The notes beneath the pieces are model-generated. The model had not been told where the DNA came from, did not search any database, and saw only the letters and a list, made by a program, of their open reading frames with translations. A stretch of 64,000 nt of DNA from Eledone cirrhosa (taxonomy: Eukaryota), in contig OZ024750.1 in NCBI GenBank assembly GCA_964016885.1, positions 38,688,001 to 38,752,000 on the forward strand. The letters run 5' to 3'. How positions within the stretch are numbered: position 1 is the stretch's first letter; every line of letters begins with the position of its first letter. The position numbers and the translations under genes were made by a program. Shown here piece by piece: positions 39,630 through 51,419 of the stretch.

Positions 39630-42600
39630 AGTAATGTACGTACGGGACAGTGTCTAGTAGTGTAGGTACAGGACAGTGTCTAGTAATGTAGGTACAGGAC
39701 AGTGTCTAGTAATGTAGGTACAGGACAGTGTCTAGTAATGTAGGTACAGGACAGAGTCTAGTAATGTAGGTACTTGACAGTGACTAGTAATGTAGGTACA
39801 GGACAGTGTCTAGTAATGTAGGTACAGGACAGTGTCTAGTAATGTAGGTATAGGCCAGTGTCTAGTAATGTAGGTACAGGACAGTGTCTAGTAATGTAGG
39901 TACAGGACAGTGTCTAGTAGTGTAGGTACAGGACAGTGTCTAGTAGTGTAGGTACAGGACAGTGTCTAGTAATGTAGGTACAGGACAGTGTCTAGTAGTG
40001 TAGGTACTTGACAGTGACTAGTAATGTAGGTACAGGACAGTGTCTAGTAATGTATGTACTGGACAGTGTCTAGTAGTGTAGGTACAGGACAGTGACTAGT
40101 AATGTAGGTACAGGACAGTGTCTAGTAATGTAGGTACAGGACAGTGTCTAGTAATGTAGGTACTTGACAGTGTCTAGTAATGTAGGTACAGGACAGTGTC
40201 TAGTAATGTAGGTACTTGACAGTGTCTAGTAGTGTAGGTACAGGACAGTGTCTAGTAATGTAGGTACTTCACAGTGACTAGTAATGTAGGTACAGGACAG
40301 TGTCTAGTAATGTAGGTACTGGACTGTGTCTAGTAGTGTAGGTACAGGACAGTGTCTAGTAATATAGGTACTGGACAGTGTCTAGTAGTGTAGGTACAGG
40401 ACAGTGTCTAGTAATGTAGGTACTTGACAGTGACTAGTAATGTAGGTACAGCACAGTGTGTAGTAGTGTAGGTACTGGACAGTGTCTAGTAATGTAGGTA
40501 CAGGACAGTGTCTAGTAATGTAGGTACTTCACAGTGACTAGTAATGTAGGTACAGGACAGTGTCTAGTAATGTAGGTACTGGACAGTGTCTAGTAGTGTA
40601 GGTACAGGACAGTGTCTAGTAATGTAGGTACTGGACAGTGTCTAGTAGTGTAGGTACAGGACAGTGACTAGTAATGTAGGTACAGGACAGTGTCTAGTAA
40701 TGTAGGTACTTGACAGTAACTAGTAATGTAGGTACAGGACAGTGTCTAGTAATGTAGGTACAGGACAGTGTCTAGTAATGTAGGTACAGGACAGTGTCTA
40801 GTAATGTAGGTACTTGACAGTGTCTAGTAATGTAGGTATAGGACAGTGTCTAGTAATGTAGGTACAGGACAGTGTCTAGTAATGTAGGTACAGGACAGTG
40901 ACTAGTAATGTAGATACAGGACAGAGTCTAGTAATGTAGGTACAGCACAATGTCTAGTAATGTAGGTACAGGACAGTGTCTAGTAGTGTAGGTACAGGAC
41001 AGTGTCTAGTAATGTAGGTGCTGGACAGTGTCTAGTAGTGTAGGTACAGGACAGTGTCTAGTAATGTAGGTACAGGACAGTGTCTAGTAATGTAGGTACT
41101 TGACAGTGACTAGTAATGTAGGTACAGGATAGTGTCTAGTAATGTAGGTACAGGACAGTGTCTAGTAATGTAGGTACTTGACAGTGACTAGTAATGTAGG
41201 TACAGGACAGTGTCTAGTAATGTAGGTACTGGACAGTGTCTAGTAGTGTAGGTACAGGACAGTGTCTAGTAATGTAGGTACTGGACAGTGTCTAGTAGTG
41301 TAGGTACAGGACAGTGACTAGTAATGTAGGTACAGGACAGTGTCTAGTAATGTAGGTACTTGGCAGTGACTAGTAATGTAGGTACAGGACAGTGTCTAGT
41401 AATCTAGGTACTGGACAGTGTCTAGTAGTGTAGGTACAGGACAGTGTCTAGTAATGTAGGTACTGGACAGTGTCTAGTAGTGTAGGTACAGGACAGTGTC
41501 TAGTAATGTAGATACTGGACAGTGTCTAGTAGTGTAGATACAGGACACTGTCTAGTAATGTAGGTAGTGGACAGTGTCTAGTAATGTAGGTACTTGACAG
41601 TGACTCGTAATGTAGGTACAGGACAGTGTCTAGTAATGTAGGTACAGGACAATGTCTAGTAATGTAGGTACAGGACAGTGACTATTAGAGTACGTACAGG
41701 ACAGTGACTAGTAGAGTACGTACAGGACAGTGTCTAGTAGTGTAGGTACAGGACAGTGTCTAGTAATGTAGGTACAGGATAGTGTCTAGTAATGTAGGTA
41801 CAGGACAGTGTCTAGTAATGTAGGTACTTGACAGTGACTAGTAATGTAGGTACAGCACAGTGTCTAGTAATGTAGGTACTGGACAGTGTCTAGTAGTGTA
41901 GGTACAGGACAGTGTCTAGTAATGTAGGTACTGGACAGTGTCTAGTAGTGTAGGTACAGGACACTGTCTAGTAATGTAGGTACAGGACAGTGTCTAGTAA
42001 TGTAGGTACTTGACAGTGACTAGTAATGTAGGTACAGGACAGTGTCTAGTAATGTAGGTACAGGACAGTGTCTAGTAATGTAGGTACAGGACAGTGACTA
42101 TTAGAGTACGTACAGGACAGTGACTAGTAGAGTACGTACAGGACAGTGTCTAGTAGTGTAGGTACTGGACAGTGTCTAGTAGTGTAGGTACAGGACAGTG
42201 TCTAGTAATGTAGGTACAGGACAGTGTCTAGTAGTGTAGGTACAGGACAGTGACTAGTAATGTAGGTACAGGACAGTGTCTAGTAATGTAGGTACTTGAC
42301 AGTGACTAGTAATGTAGGTACAGGACAGTGTCTTGTAATGTAGGTACAGGACAGTGTCTAGTAATGTAGGTACAGGATAGTGTCTACTAATGTAGATACA
42401 GGACAGTGTCTAGTAGTGTAGGTACAGGACAGTGTCTAGTAATGTAGGTACAGGATAGTGTCTAGTAATGTAGGTACTTGACAGTGACTAGTAATGTAGG
42501 TACAGGACAGTGTCTAGTAATGTAGGTACAGGACAGTGTCTAGTAGTGTAGGTACAGGACAGCGTCTAGTAATGTAGGTACAGGATAGTGTCTAGTAATG

Positions 42601-45600
42601 TAGGTACTTGACAGTGACTAGTAATGTAGGTACAGGACAGTGTCTAGTAATGTAGGTACTGGACAGTGTCTAGTAGTGTAGGTACAGGACAGTGTCTAGT
42701 AATGTAGGTACAGGACAGTGTCTAGTAATGTAGGTACAGGACAGTGTCTAGTAATGTAGGTACAGGACAGTCTCTAGTAATGTAGGTACTTGACAGTGAC
42801 TAGTAATGTAGGTACAGGACAGTGTCTAGTAATGTAGGTACAGGACAGTGTCTAGTAATGTAGGTATAGGCCAGTGTCTAGTAATGTAGGTACAGGACAG
42901 TGTCTAGTAATGTAGGTACAGGACAGTGTCTAGTAGTGTAGGTACAGGACAGTGTCTAGTAGTGTAGGTACAGGACAGTGTCTAGTAATGTAGGTACAGG
43001 ACAGTGTCTAGTAGTGTAGGTACTAGACAGTGACTAGTAATGTAGGTACAGGACAGTGTCTAGTAATGTATGTACTGGACAGTGTCTAGTAGTGTAGGTA
43101 CAGGACAGTGACTAGTAATGTAGGTACAGGACAGTGTCTAGTAATGTAGGTACAGGACAGTGTCTAGTAATGTAGGTACAGGACAGTGTCTAGTAATGTA
43201 GGTACTTGACAGTGTCTAGTAGTGTAGGTACAGGACAGTGACTAGTAATGTAGGTACAGGACAGTGTCTAGTAATGTAGGTACAGGACAGTGTCTAGTAA
43301 TGTAGGTACAGGACAGTGTCTAGTAATGTAGGTACAGGACAGTGTCTAGTAATGTAGGTACAGGACAGTGTCTAGTAATGTATGTACTGGACAGTGTCTA
43401 GTAGTGTAGGTACAGGACAGTGACTAGTAATGTAGGTACAGGACAGTGTCTAGTAATGTAGGTACAGGACAGTGTCTAGTAATGTAGGTACAGGACAGTG
43501 TCTAGTAATGTAGGTACTTGACAGTGTCTAGTAGTGTAGGTACAGGACAGTGTCTAGTAATGTAGGTACTTCACAGTGACTAGTAATGTTGGTACAGGAC
43601 AGTGTCTAGTAATGTAGGTACTGGACTGTGTCTAGTAGTGTAGGTACAGGACAGTGTCTAGTAATATAGGTACTGGACAGTGTCTAGTAGTGTAGGTACA
43701 GGACAGTGTCTAGTAATGTAGGTACTTGACAGTGACTAGTAATGTAGGTACAGCACAATGTGTAGTAGTGTAGGTACTGGACAGTGTCTAGTAATGTAGG
43801 TACAGGACAGTGTCTAGTAATGTAGGTACTTCACAGTGACTAGTAATGTAGGTACAGGACAGTGTCTAGTAATGTAGGTACTGGACAGTGTCTAGTAGTG
43901 TAGGTACAGGACAGTGTCTAGTAATGTAGGTACTGGACAGTGTCTAGTAGTGTAGGTACAGGACAGTGACTAGTAATGTAGGTACAGGACAGTGTCTAGT
44001 AATGTAGGTACTTGACAGTAACTAGTAATGTAGGTACAGGACAGTGTCTAGTAGTGTAGGTACAGGACAGTGTCTAGTAATGTAGGTACAGGACAGTGTC
44101 TAGTAATGTAGGTACTTGACAGTGTCTAGTAATGTAGGTATAGGACAGTGTCTAGTAATGTAGGTACAGGACAGTGTCTAGTAATGTAGGTACAGGACAG
44201 TGACTAGTAATGTAGATACAGGACAGTGTCTAGTAATGTAGGTACTGGACAGTGTCTAGTAATGTAGATACTGGACAGTGTCTAGTAGTGTAGGTACAGG
44301 ACAGTGTCTAGTAATGTAGGTGCTGGACAGTGTCTAGTAGTGTAGGTACTGGACAGTGTCTAGTAATGTAGGTACTGGACAGTGTCTAGTAGTGTAGGTA
44401 CAGGACAGTGTCTAGTAATGTAGGTACAGGACAGTGTCTAGTAATGTAGGTACTTGACAGTGACTAGTAATGTAGGTACAGGATAGTGTCTAGTAATGTA
44501 GGTACAGGACAGTGTCTAGTAATGTAGGTACTTGACAGTGACTAGTAATGTAGGTACAGGACAGTGTCTAGTAATGTAGGTACTGGACAGTGTCTAGTAG
44601 TGTAGGTACAGGACAGTGTCTAGTAATGTAGGTACTGGACAGTGTCTAGTAGTGTAGATACAGGACACTGTCTAGTAATGTAGGTAGAGGACAGTGTCTA
44701 GTAATGTAGGTACTTGACAGTGACTCGTAATGTAGGTACAGGACAGTGTCTAGTAATGTAGGTACAGGACAGTGTCTAGTAATGTAGGTACAGGACAGTG
44801 ACTATTAGAGTACGTACAGGACAGTGACTAGTAGAGTACGTACAGGACAGTGTCTAGTAGTGTAGGTACAGGACAGTGTCTAGTAATGTAGGTACAGGAC
44901 AGTGTCTAGTAGTGTAGGTACAGGACAGTGACTAGTAATGTAGGTACAGGACAGTGTCTAGTAATGTAGGTACTTGACAGTGACTAGTAATGTAGGTACA
45001 GGACAGTGTCTTGTAATGTAGGTACAGGACAGTGTCTAGTAATGTAGGTACATGATAGTGTCTAGTAATGTAGGTACTTGACAGTGCATAGTAATGTAGG
45101 TACAGGACAGTGTCTAGTAATGTAGGTACTTGACAGTGACTAGTAATGTAGGTACAGGACAGTGTCTAGTAATGTAGGTACAGGATAGTGTCTAGTAATG
45201 TAGGTACTTGACAGTGACTAGTAATGTAGGTACAGGACAGTGTCTAGTAATGTAGGTACTGGACAGTGTCTAGTAGTGTAGGTACAGGACAGTGTCTAGT
45301 AATGTAGGTACAGGACAGTGTCTAGTAATGTAGGTACAGGACAGTGTCTAGTAGTGTAGGTACAGGACAGTGACTAGTAATGTAGGTACAGGACAGTGAC
45401 TAGTAGAGTACGTACAGGACAGTGACTAGTAGAGTACGTACAGGACAGTGTCTAGTAGTGTAGGTACAGGACACTGTCTAGTAATGTAGGTACAGAACAG
45501 TGTCTAGTAGTGTAGGTACAGGACAGTGACTAGTAATGTAGGTACAGGACAGTGTCTAGTAATGTAGGTACTTGACAGTGACTAGTAATATAGGTACAGG

Positions 45601-46525
45601 ACAGTGTCTTGTAATGTAGGTACAGGACAGTGTCTAGTAATGTAGGTACAGGATAGTGTCTAGTAATGTAGGTACTTGACAGTGACTAGTAATGTAGGTA
45701 CAGGACAGTGTCTAGTAATGTAGGTACTGGACAGTGTCTAGTAGTGTAGGTATAGGCCAGTGTCTAGTAATGTAGGTACAGGACAGTGTCTAGTAATGTA
45801 GGTACAGGACAGTGTCTAGTAGTGTAGGTACAGGACAGTGTCTAGTAGTGTAGGTACAGGACAGTGTCTAGTAATGTAGGTACAGGACAGTGTCTAGTAG
45901 TGTAGGTACTTGACAGTGACTAGTAATGTAGGTACAGGACAGTGTCTAGTAATGTATGTACTGGACAGTGTCTAGTAGTGTAGGTACAGGACAGTGACTA
46001 GTAATGTAGGTACAGGACAGTGTCTAGTAATGTAGGTACAGGACTGTGTCTAGTAATGTAGGTACTTGACAGTGTCTAGTAATGTAGGTACAGGACAGTG
46101 TCTAGTAATGTAGGTACTGGACAGTGTCTAGTAGTGTAGGTACAGGACAGTGTCTAGTAATGTAGGTACTTCACAGTGACTAGTAATGTAGGTACAGGAC
46201 AGTGTCTAGTAATATAGGTACTGGACTGTGTCTAGTAGTGTAGGTACAGGACAGTGTCTAGTAATGTAGGTACTGGACAGTGTCTAGTAGTGTAGGTACA
46301 GGACAGTGTCTAGTAATGTAGGTACTTGACAGTGACTAGTAATGTAGGTACAGCACAGTGTCTAGTAGTGTAGGTACTGGACAGTGTCTAGTAATGTAGG
46401 TACAGGACAGTGTCTAGTAATGTAGGTACTTCACAGTGTCTAGTAATGTAGGTACTGGACAGTGTCTAGTAGTGTAGGTACAGGACAGTGACTAGTAATG
46501 TAGGTACAGGACAGTGTCTAGTAAT
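39630..46525 (+). repeat. Further copy of the central higher-order block (matches ~30215-36590 at offset 9412/9360/9594; its distal part matches ~36640-39635 at offset 6890 = 265 units)
   Basis: AATGTACGTACGGG 30221/39633, GTGCTGG 31606/41018, AGCG 32967/42561, AATGTTGG 33991/36695/43585, GCATAG 38196/45086, AATATAGGTACTGGACTG 39321/46211. Confidence 0.88.
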
Positions 46526-49500
46526 GTAGGTACTTGACAGTAACTAGTAATGTAGGTACAGGACAGTGTCTAGTAATGTAGGTACAGGACAGTGTCTAGT
46601 AATGTAGGTACAGGACAGTGTCTAGTAATGTAGGTACTTGACAGTGTCTAGTAATGTAGGTATAGGACAGTGTCTAGTAGTGTAGGTACAGGACAGTGTC
46701 TAGTAGTGTAGGTACTGGACAGTGTCTAGTAATGTAGGTACAGGACAGTGTCTAGTAATGTAGGTACAGGACAGTGACTAGTAATGTAGATACAGGACAG
46801 TGTCTAGTAATGTAGGTACTGGACAGTGTCTAGTATTGTAGATACTGGACAGTGTCTAGTAGTGTAGGTACAGGACAGTGTCTAGTAATGTAGGTGCTGG
46901 ACAGTGTCTAGTAGTGTAGGTACTGGACAGTGTCTAGTAATGTAGGTACTGGACAGTGTCTAGTAGTGTAGGTACAGGACAGTGTCTAGTAATGTAGGTA
47001 CAGGACAGTGTCTAGTAATGTAGGTACTTGACAGTGACTAGTAATGTAGGTACAGGATAGTGTCTAGTAATGTAGGTACAGGACAGTGTCTAGTAATGTA
47101 GGTACTTGACAGTGACTAGTAATGTAGGTACAGGACAGTGTCTAGTAATGTAGGTACTGGACAGTGTCTAGTAGTGTAGGTACAGGACAGTGTCTAGTAA
47201 TGTAGGTACTTGACAGTTAATAGTAATGTAGGTACAGGATAGTGTCTATTAATGTAGGTACAGGACAGTGTCTAGTAATGTAGGTACTTGACAGTGACTA
47301 GTAATGTAGGTACAGGACAGTGTCTAGTAATGTAGGTACTGGACAGTGTCTAGTAGTGTAGGTACAGGACAGTGTCTAGTAATGTAGGTACTGGACAGTG
47401 TCTAGTAGTGTAGGTACAGGACACTGTCTAGTAATGTAGGTACAGGACAGTGTCTAGTAATGTAGGTACTTGACAGTGACTAGTAATGTAGGTACAGGAC
47501 AGTGTCTAGTAATGTAGCTACTGGACAGTGTCTAGTAGTGTAGGTACAGGACAGTGTCTAGTAATGTAGGTACTGGACAGTGTCTAGTAGTGTAGGTACA
47601 GGACACTGTCTAGTAATGTAGGTACAGGACAGTGTCTAGTAATGTAGGTACAGGACAGTGTCTAGTAATGTAGGTACAGGACAGTGACTAGTAGAGAACG
47701 TACAGGACAGTGACTAGTAGAGTACGTACAGGACAGTGTCTAGTAGTGTAGGTACAGGACAGTGTCTAGTAATGTAGGTACAGGACAGTGTCTAGTAGTG
47801 TAGGTACAGGACAGTGACTAGTAATGTAGGTACAGGACAGTGTCTAGTAATGTAGGTACTTGACAGTGACTAGTAATGTAGGTACAGGACAGTGTCTTGT
47901 AATGTAGGTACATGACAGTGTCTGGTAATGTAGGTATAGGACAGTGTCTAGTAGTGTAGGTTCAGGACAGTGTCTAGTAGTATAGGTACTGGACAGTGTC
48001 TAGTAATGTAGGTACAGGACAGTGTCTAGTAGTGTAGGTACAGGACAGTGACTAGTAATGTAGGTACAGGACAGTGTCTAGTAATGTAGGTACTGGACAG
48101 TGTCTAGTAATGTAGGTACTGGACAGTGTCTAGTAGTGTAGGTACAGGACAGTGTCTAGTAATGTAGGTACTGGACACTGTCTAGTAGTGTAGGTACAGG
48201 ACAGTGTCTAGTAATGTAGGTACTGGACAGTGTCTAGTAGTGTAGGTACAGGACAGTGTCTAGTAATGTAGGTACAGGACAGTGTCTAGTAATGTAGGTA
48301 CTTGACAGTGACTAGTAATGTAGGTACAGGACAGTGTCTAGTAATGTAGGTACTGGACAGTGTCTAGTAGTGTAGGTACAGGACAGTGTCTAGTAATGTA
48401 GGTACTGGACAGTGTTTAGTAGTGTAGGTACAGGACAGTGACTAGTAATGTAGGTACAGGACAGTGTCTAGTAGTGTAGGTACAGGACAGTGTCTAGTAA
48501 TGTAGGTACAGGACAGTGTCTAGTAGTGTAGGTACAGGACAGTGATGAGTAATATAGGTACAGGACAGTGTCTAGTAATGTAGGTACTTGACAGTGACTA
48601 GTAATGTAGGTACAGGACAGTGTCTAGTAATGTAGGTACAGGACAGTGTCTAGTAATGTAGGTACAGGACAGTGTCTAGTAGTGTAGGTACAGGACAGTG
48701 ACTAGTAATGTAGGTACAGGACAGTGTCTAGTAATGTAGGTACTTGACAGTGACTAGTAATGTAGGTACAGGACAGTGTCTAGTAATGTAGGTACTTGAC
48801 AGTGACTAGTAATGTAGGTACTGGACAGTGTCTAGTAGTGTAGGTACAGGACAGTGTCTAGTAATGTAGGTACAGGACAGTGTCTAGTAGTGTAGGTACA
48901 GGACAGTGACTAGTAATGTAGGTACAGGACAGTGTCTAGTAATGTAGGTACTTGACAGTGACTAGTAATGTAGGTACAGGACAGTGTCTAGTAATCTAGG
49001 TACTGGACAGTGTCTAGTAGTGTAGGTACAGGACAGTGTCTAGTAATGTAGGTACTGGACAGTGTCTAGTAGTGTAGGTACAGGACAGTGTCTAGTAATG
49101 TAGGTACAGGACAGTGTCTAGTAGTGTAGGTACAGGACAGTGTCTAGTAATGTAGGTACTGGACAGTGTCTAGTAATGTAGGTACAGCACAGTGACTAGT
49201 AATGTAGGTACAGGATAGTGTCTAGTAATGTAGGTACAGGACAGTGACTAGTAATGTAGGTACAGGACAGTGTCTAGTAATGTAGGTACTTGACAGTGAC
49301 TAGTAATGTAGGTACAGGACAGTGTCTAGTAATATAGGTACTAGACAGTGTCTAGTAGTGTAGGTACAGGACAGTGTCTAGTATTGTAGGTACTGGACAG
49401 TGTCTAGTAATGTAGGTACAGGACAGTGTCTAGTAATGTAGGTACTGGACAGTGTCTAGTAATGTAGGTACTGGACAGTGTCTAGTAGTGTAGGTACAGG

Positions 49501-51419
49501 ACAGTGACTAGTAATGTAGGTACAGGACAGTGTCTAGTAATATAGGTACTGGACAGTGTCTAGTAGTGTAGGTACAGGACAGTGACTAGTAATGTAGGTA
49601 CTTGACAGTGACTAGTAATGTAGGTACAGGACAGTGTCTAGTAATGTAGGTACAGGACAGTGTCTAGTAATGTAGGTACAGGACAGTGAATAGTAGAGTA
49701 CGTACAGGACAGTGACTAGTAGAGTACGTACAGGACAGTGTCTAGTAGTGTAGGTGCAGGACAGTGTCTAGTAATGTAGGTACAGGACAGTGTCAAGTAG
49801 TGTAGGTAGAGGACAGTGACTAGTAATGTGGGTACAGGACAGTGTCTAGTAATGTAGGTACTTGACAGTGACTAGTAATGTAGGTACAGGACAGTGTCTT
49901 GTAATATAGGTACAGGACAGTGTCTAGTAATGTAGGTATAGGACAGTGTCTAGTAGTGTAGGTACAGGACAGTGACTAGTAATGTAGGTACAGGACAGTG
50001 TCTAGTAATGTAGGTACTGGACAGTGTCTAGTAATGCAGGTACTGGACAGTGTCTAGTAGTGTAGGTACAGGACAGTGTCTAGTAATGTAGGTACTGGAC
50101 AGTGTCTAGTAGTGTAGGTACAGGACAGTGTCTAGTAATGTAGGTACTGGACAGTGTCTAGTAATGTAGGTACAGGACAGTGTCTAGTAATGTAGGTACA
50201 GGACAGTGTCTAGTAGTGTAGGTACAGGACAGTGACTAGTAATGTAGGTACAGGACAGTGTCTAGTAATGTAGGTACTTGACAGTGACTAGTAATGTAGG
50301 TACAGGACAGTGTCTAGTAGTGTAGGTACAGGACAGTGTCTAGTAATGTAGGTACAGGACAGTGTCTAGTAATGTAGGTACAGGACAGTGACTAGTAATG
50401 GAGGTACAGGACAGTGTCTAGTAATGTAGGTACTTGACAGTGACTAGTAATGTAGGTACAGGACAGTGTCTAGTAATGTAGGTACTTGACAGTGACTAGT
50501 AATGTAGGTACAGGACAGTGTCTAGTAGTGTAGGTACAGGACAGTGTCTAGTAATGTAGGTACAGGACAGTGTCTAGTAGTGTAGGTACAGGACAGTGAC
50601 TAGTAATGTAGGTACAGGACAGTGTCTAGTAATGTAGGTACTTGACAGTGACTAGTAATGTAGGTACAGGACAGTGTCTAGTAATCTAGGTACTGGACAG
50701 TGTCTAGTAGTGTAGGTACAGGACAGTGTCTAGTAGTGTAGGTACAGGACAGTGTCTAGTAATGTAGGTAGAGGACAGTGTCTATTAGTGTAGGTACAGG
50801 ACAGTGTCTAGTAATGTAGGTACTGGACAGTGTCTAGTAATGTAGGTACAGGACAGTGACTAGTAACGTAGGTACAGGATAGTGTCTAGTAATGTAGGTA
50901 CAGGACAGTGTCTAGTAATGTAGGTACTTGACAGTGACTAGTAATGTAGGTACAGGATAGTGTCTAGTAGTGTAGGTACTGGACAGTGTCTAGTAATGTA
51001 GGTACTGGACAGTGTCTAGTAGTGTAGGTACAGGACAGTGTCTAGTAATGTAGGTACAGGACAGTGTCTAGTAGTGTAGGTACAGGACAGTGACTAGTAA
51101 TGTAGGTACAGGACAGTGTCTAGTAATGTAGGTACTGGACAGTGTCTAGTAATGTAGGTACTGGACAGTGTCTAGTAGTGTAGGTACAGGACAGTGTCTA
51201 GTAATGTAGGTACTGGACACTGTCTAGTAGTGTAGGTACAGGACAGTGTCTAGTAATGTAGGTACTGGACAGTGTCTAGTAGTGTAGGTACAGGACAGTG
51301 TCTAGTAATGTAGGTACAGGACAGTGTCTAGTAATGTAGGTACTTGACAGTGACTAGTAATGTAGGTACAGTACAGTGTCTAGTAATGTAGGTACTGGAC
51401 AGTGTCTAGTAGTGTAGGT

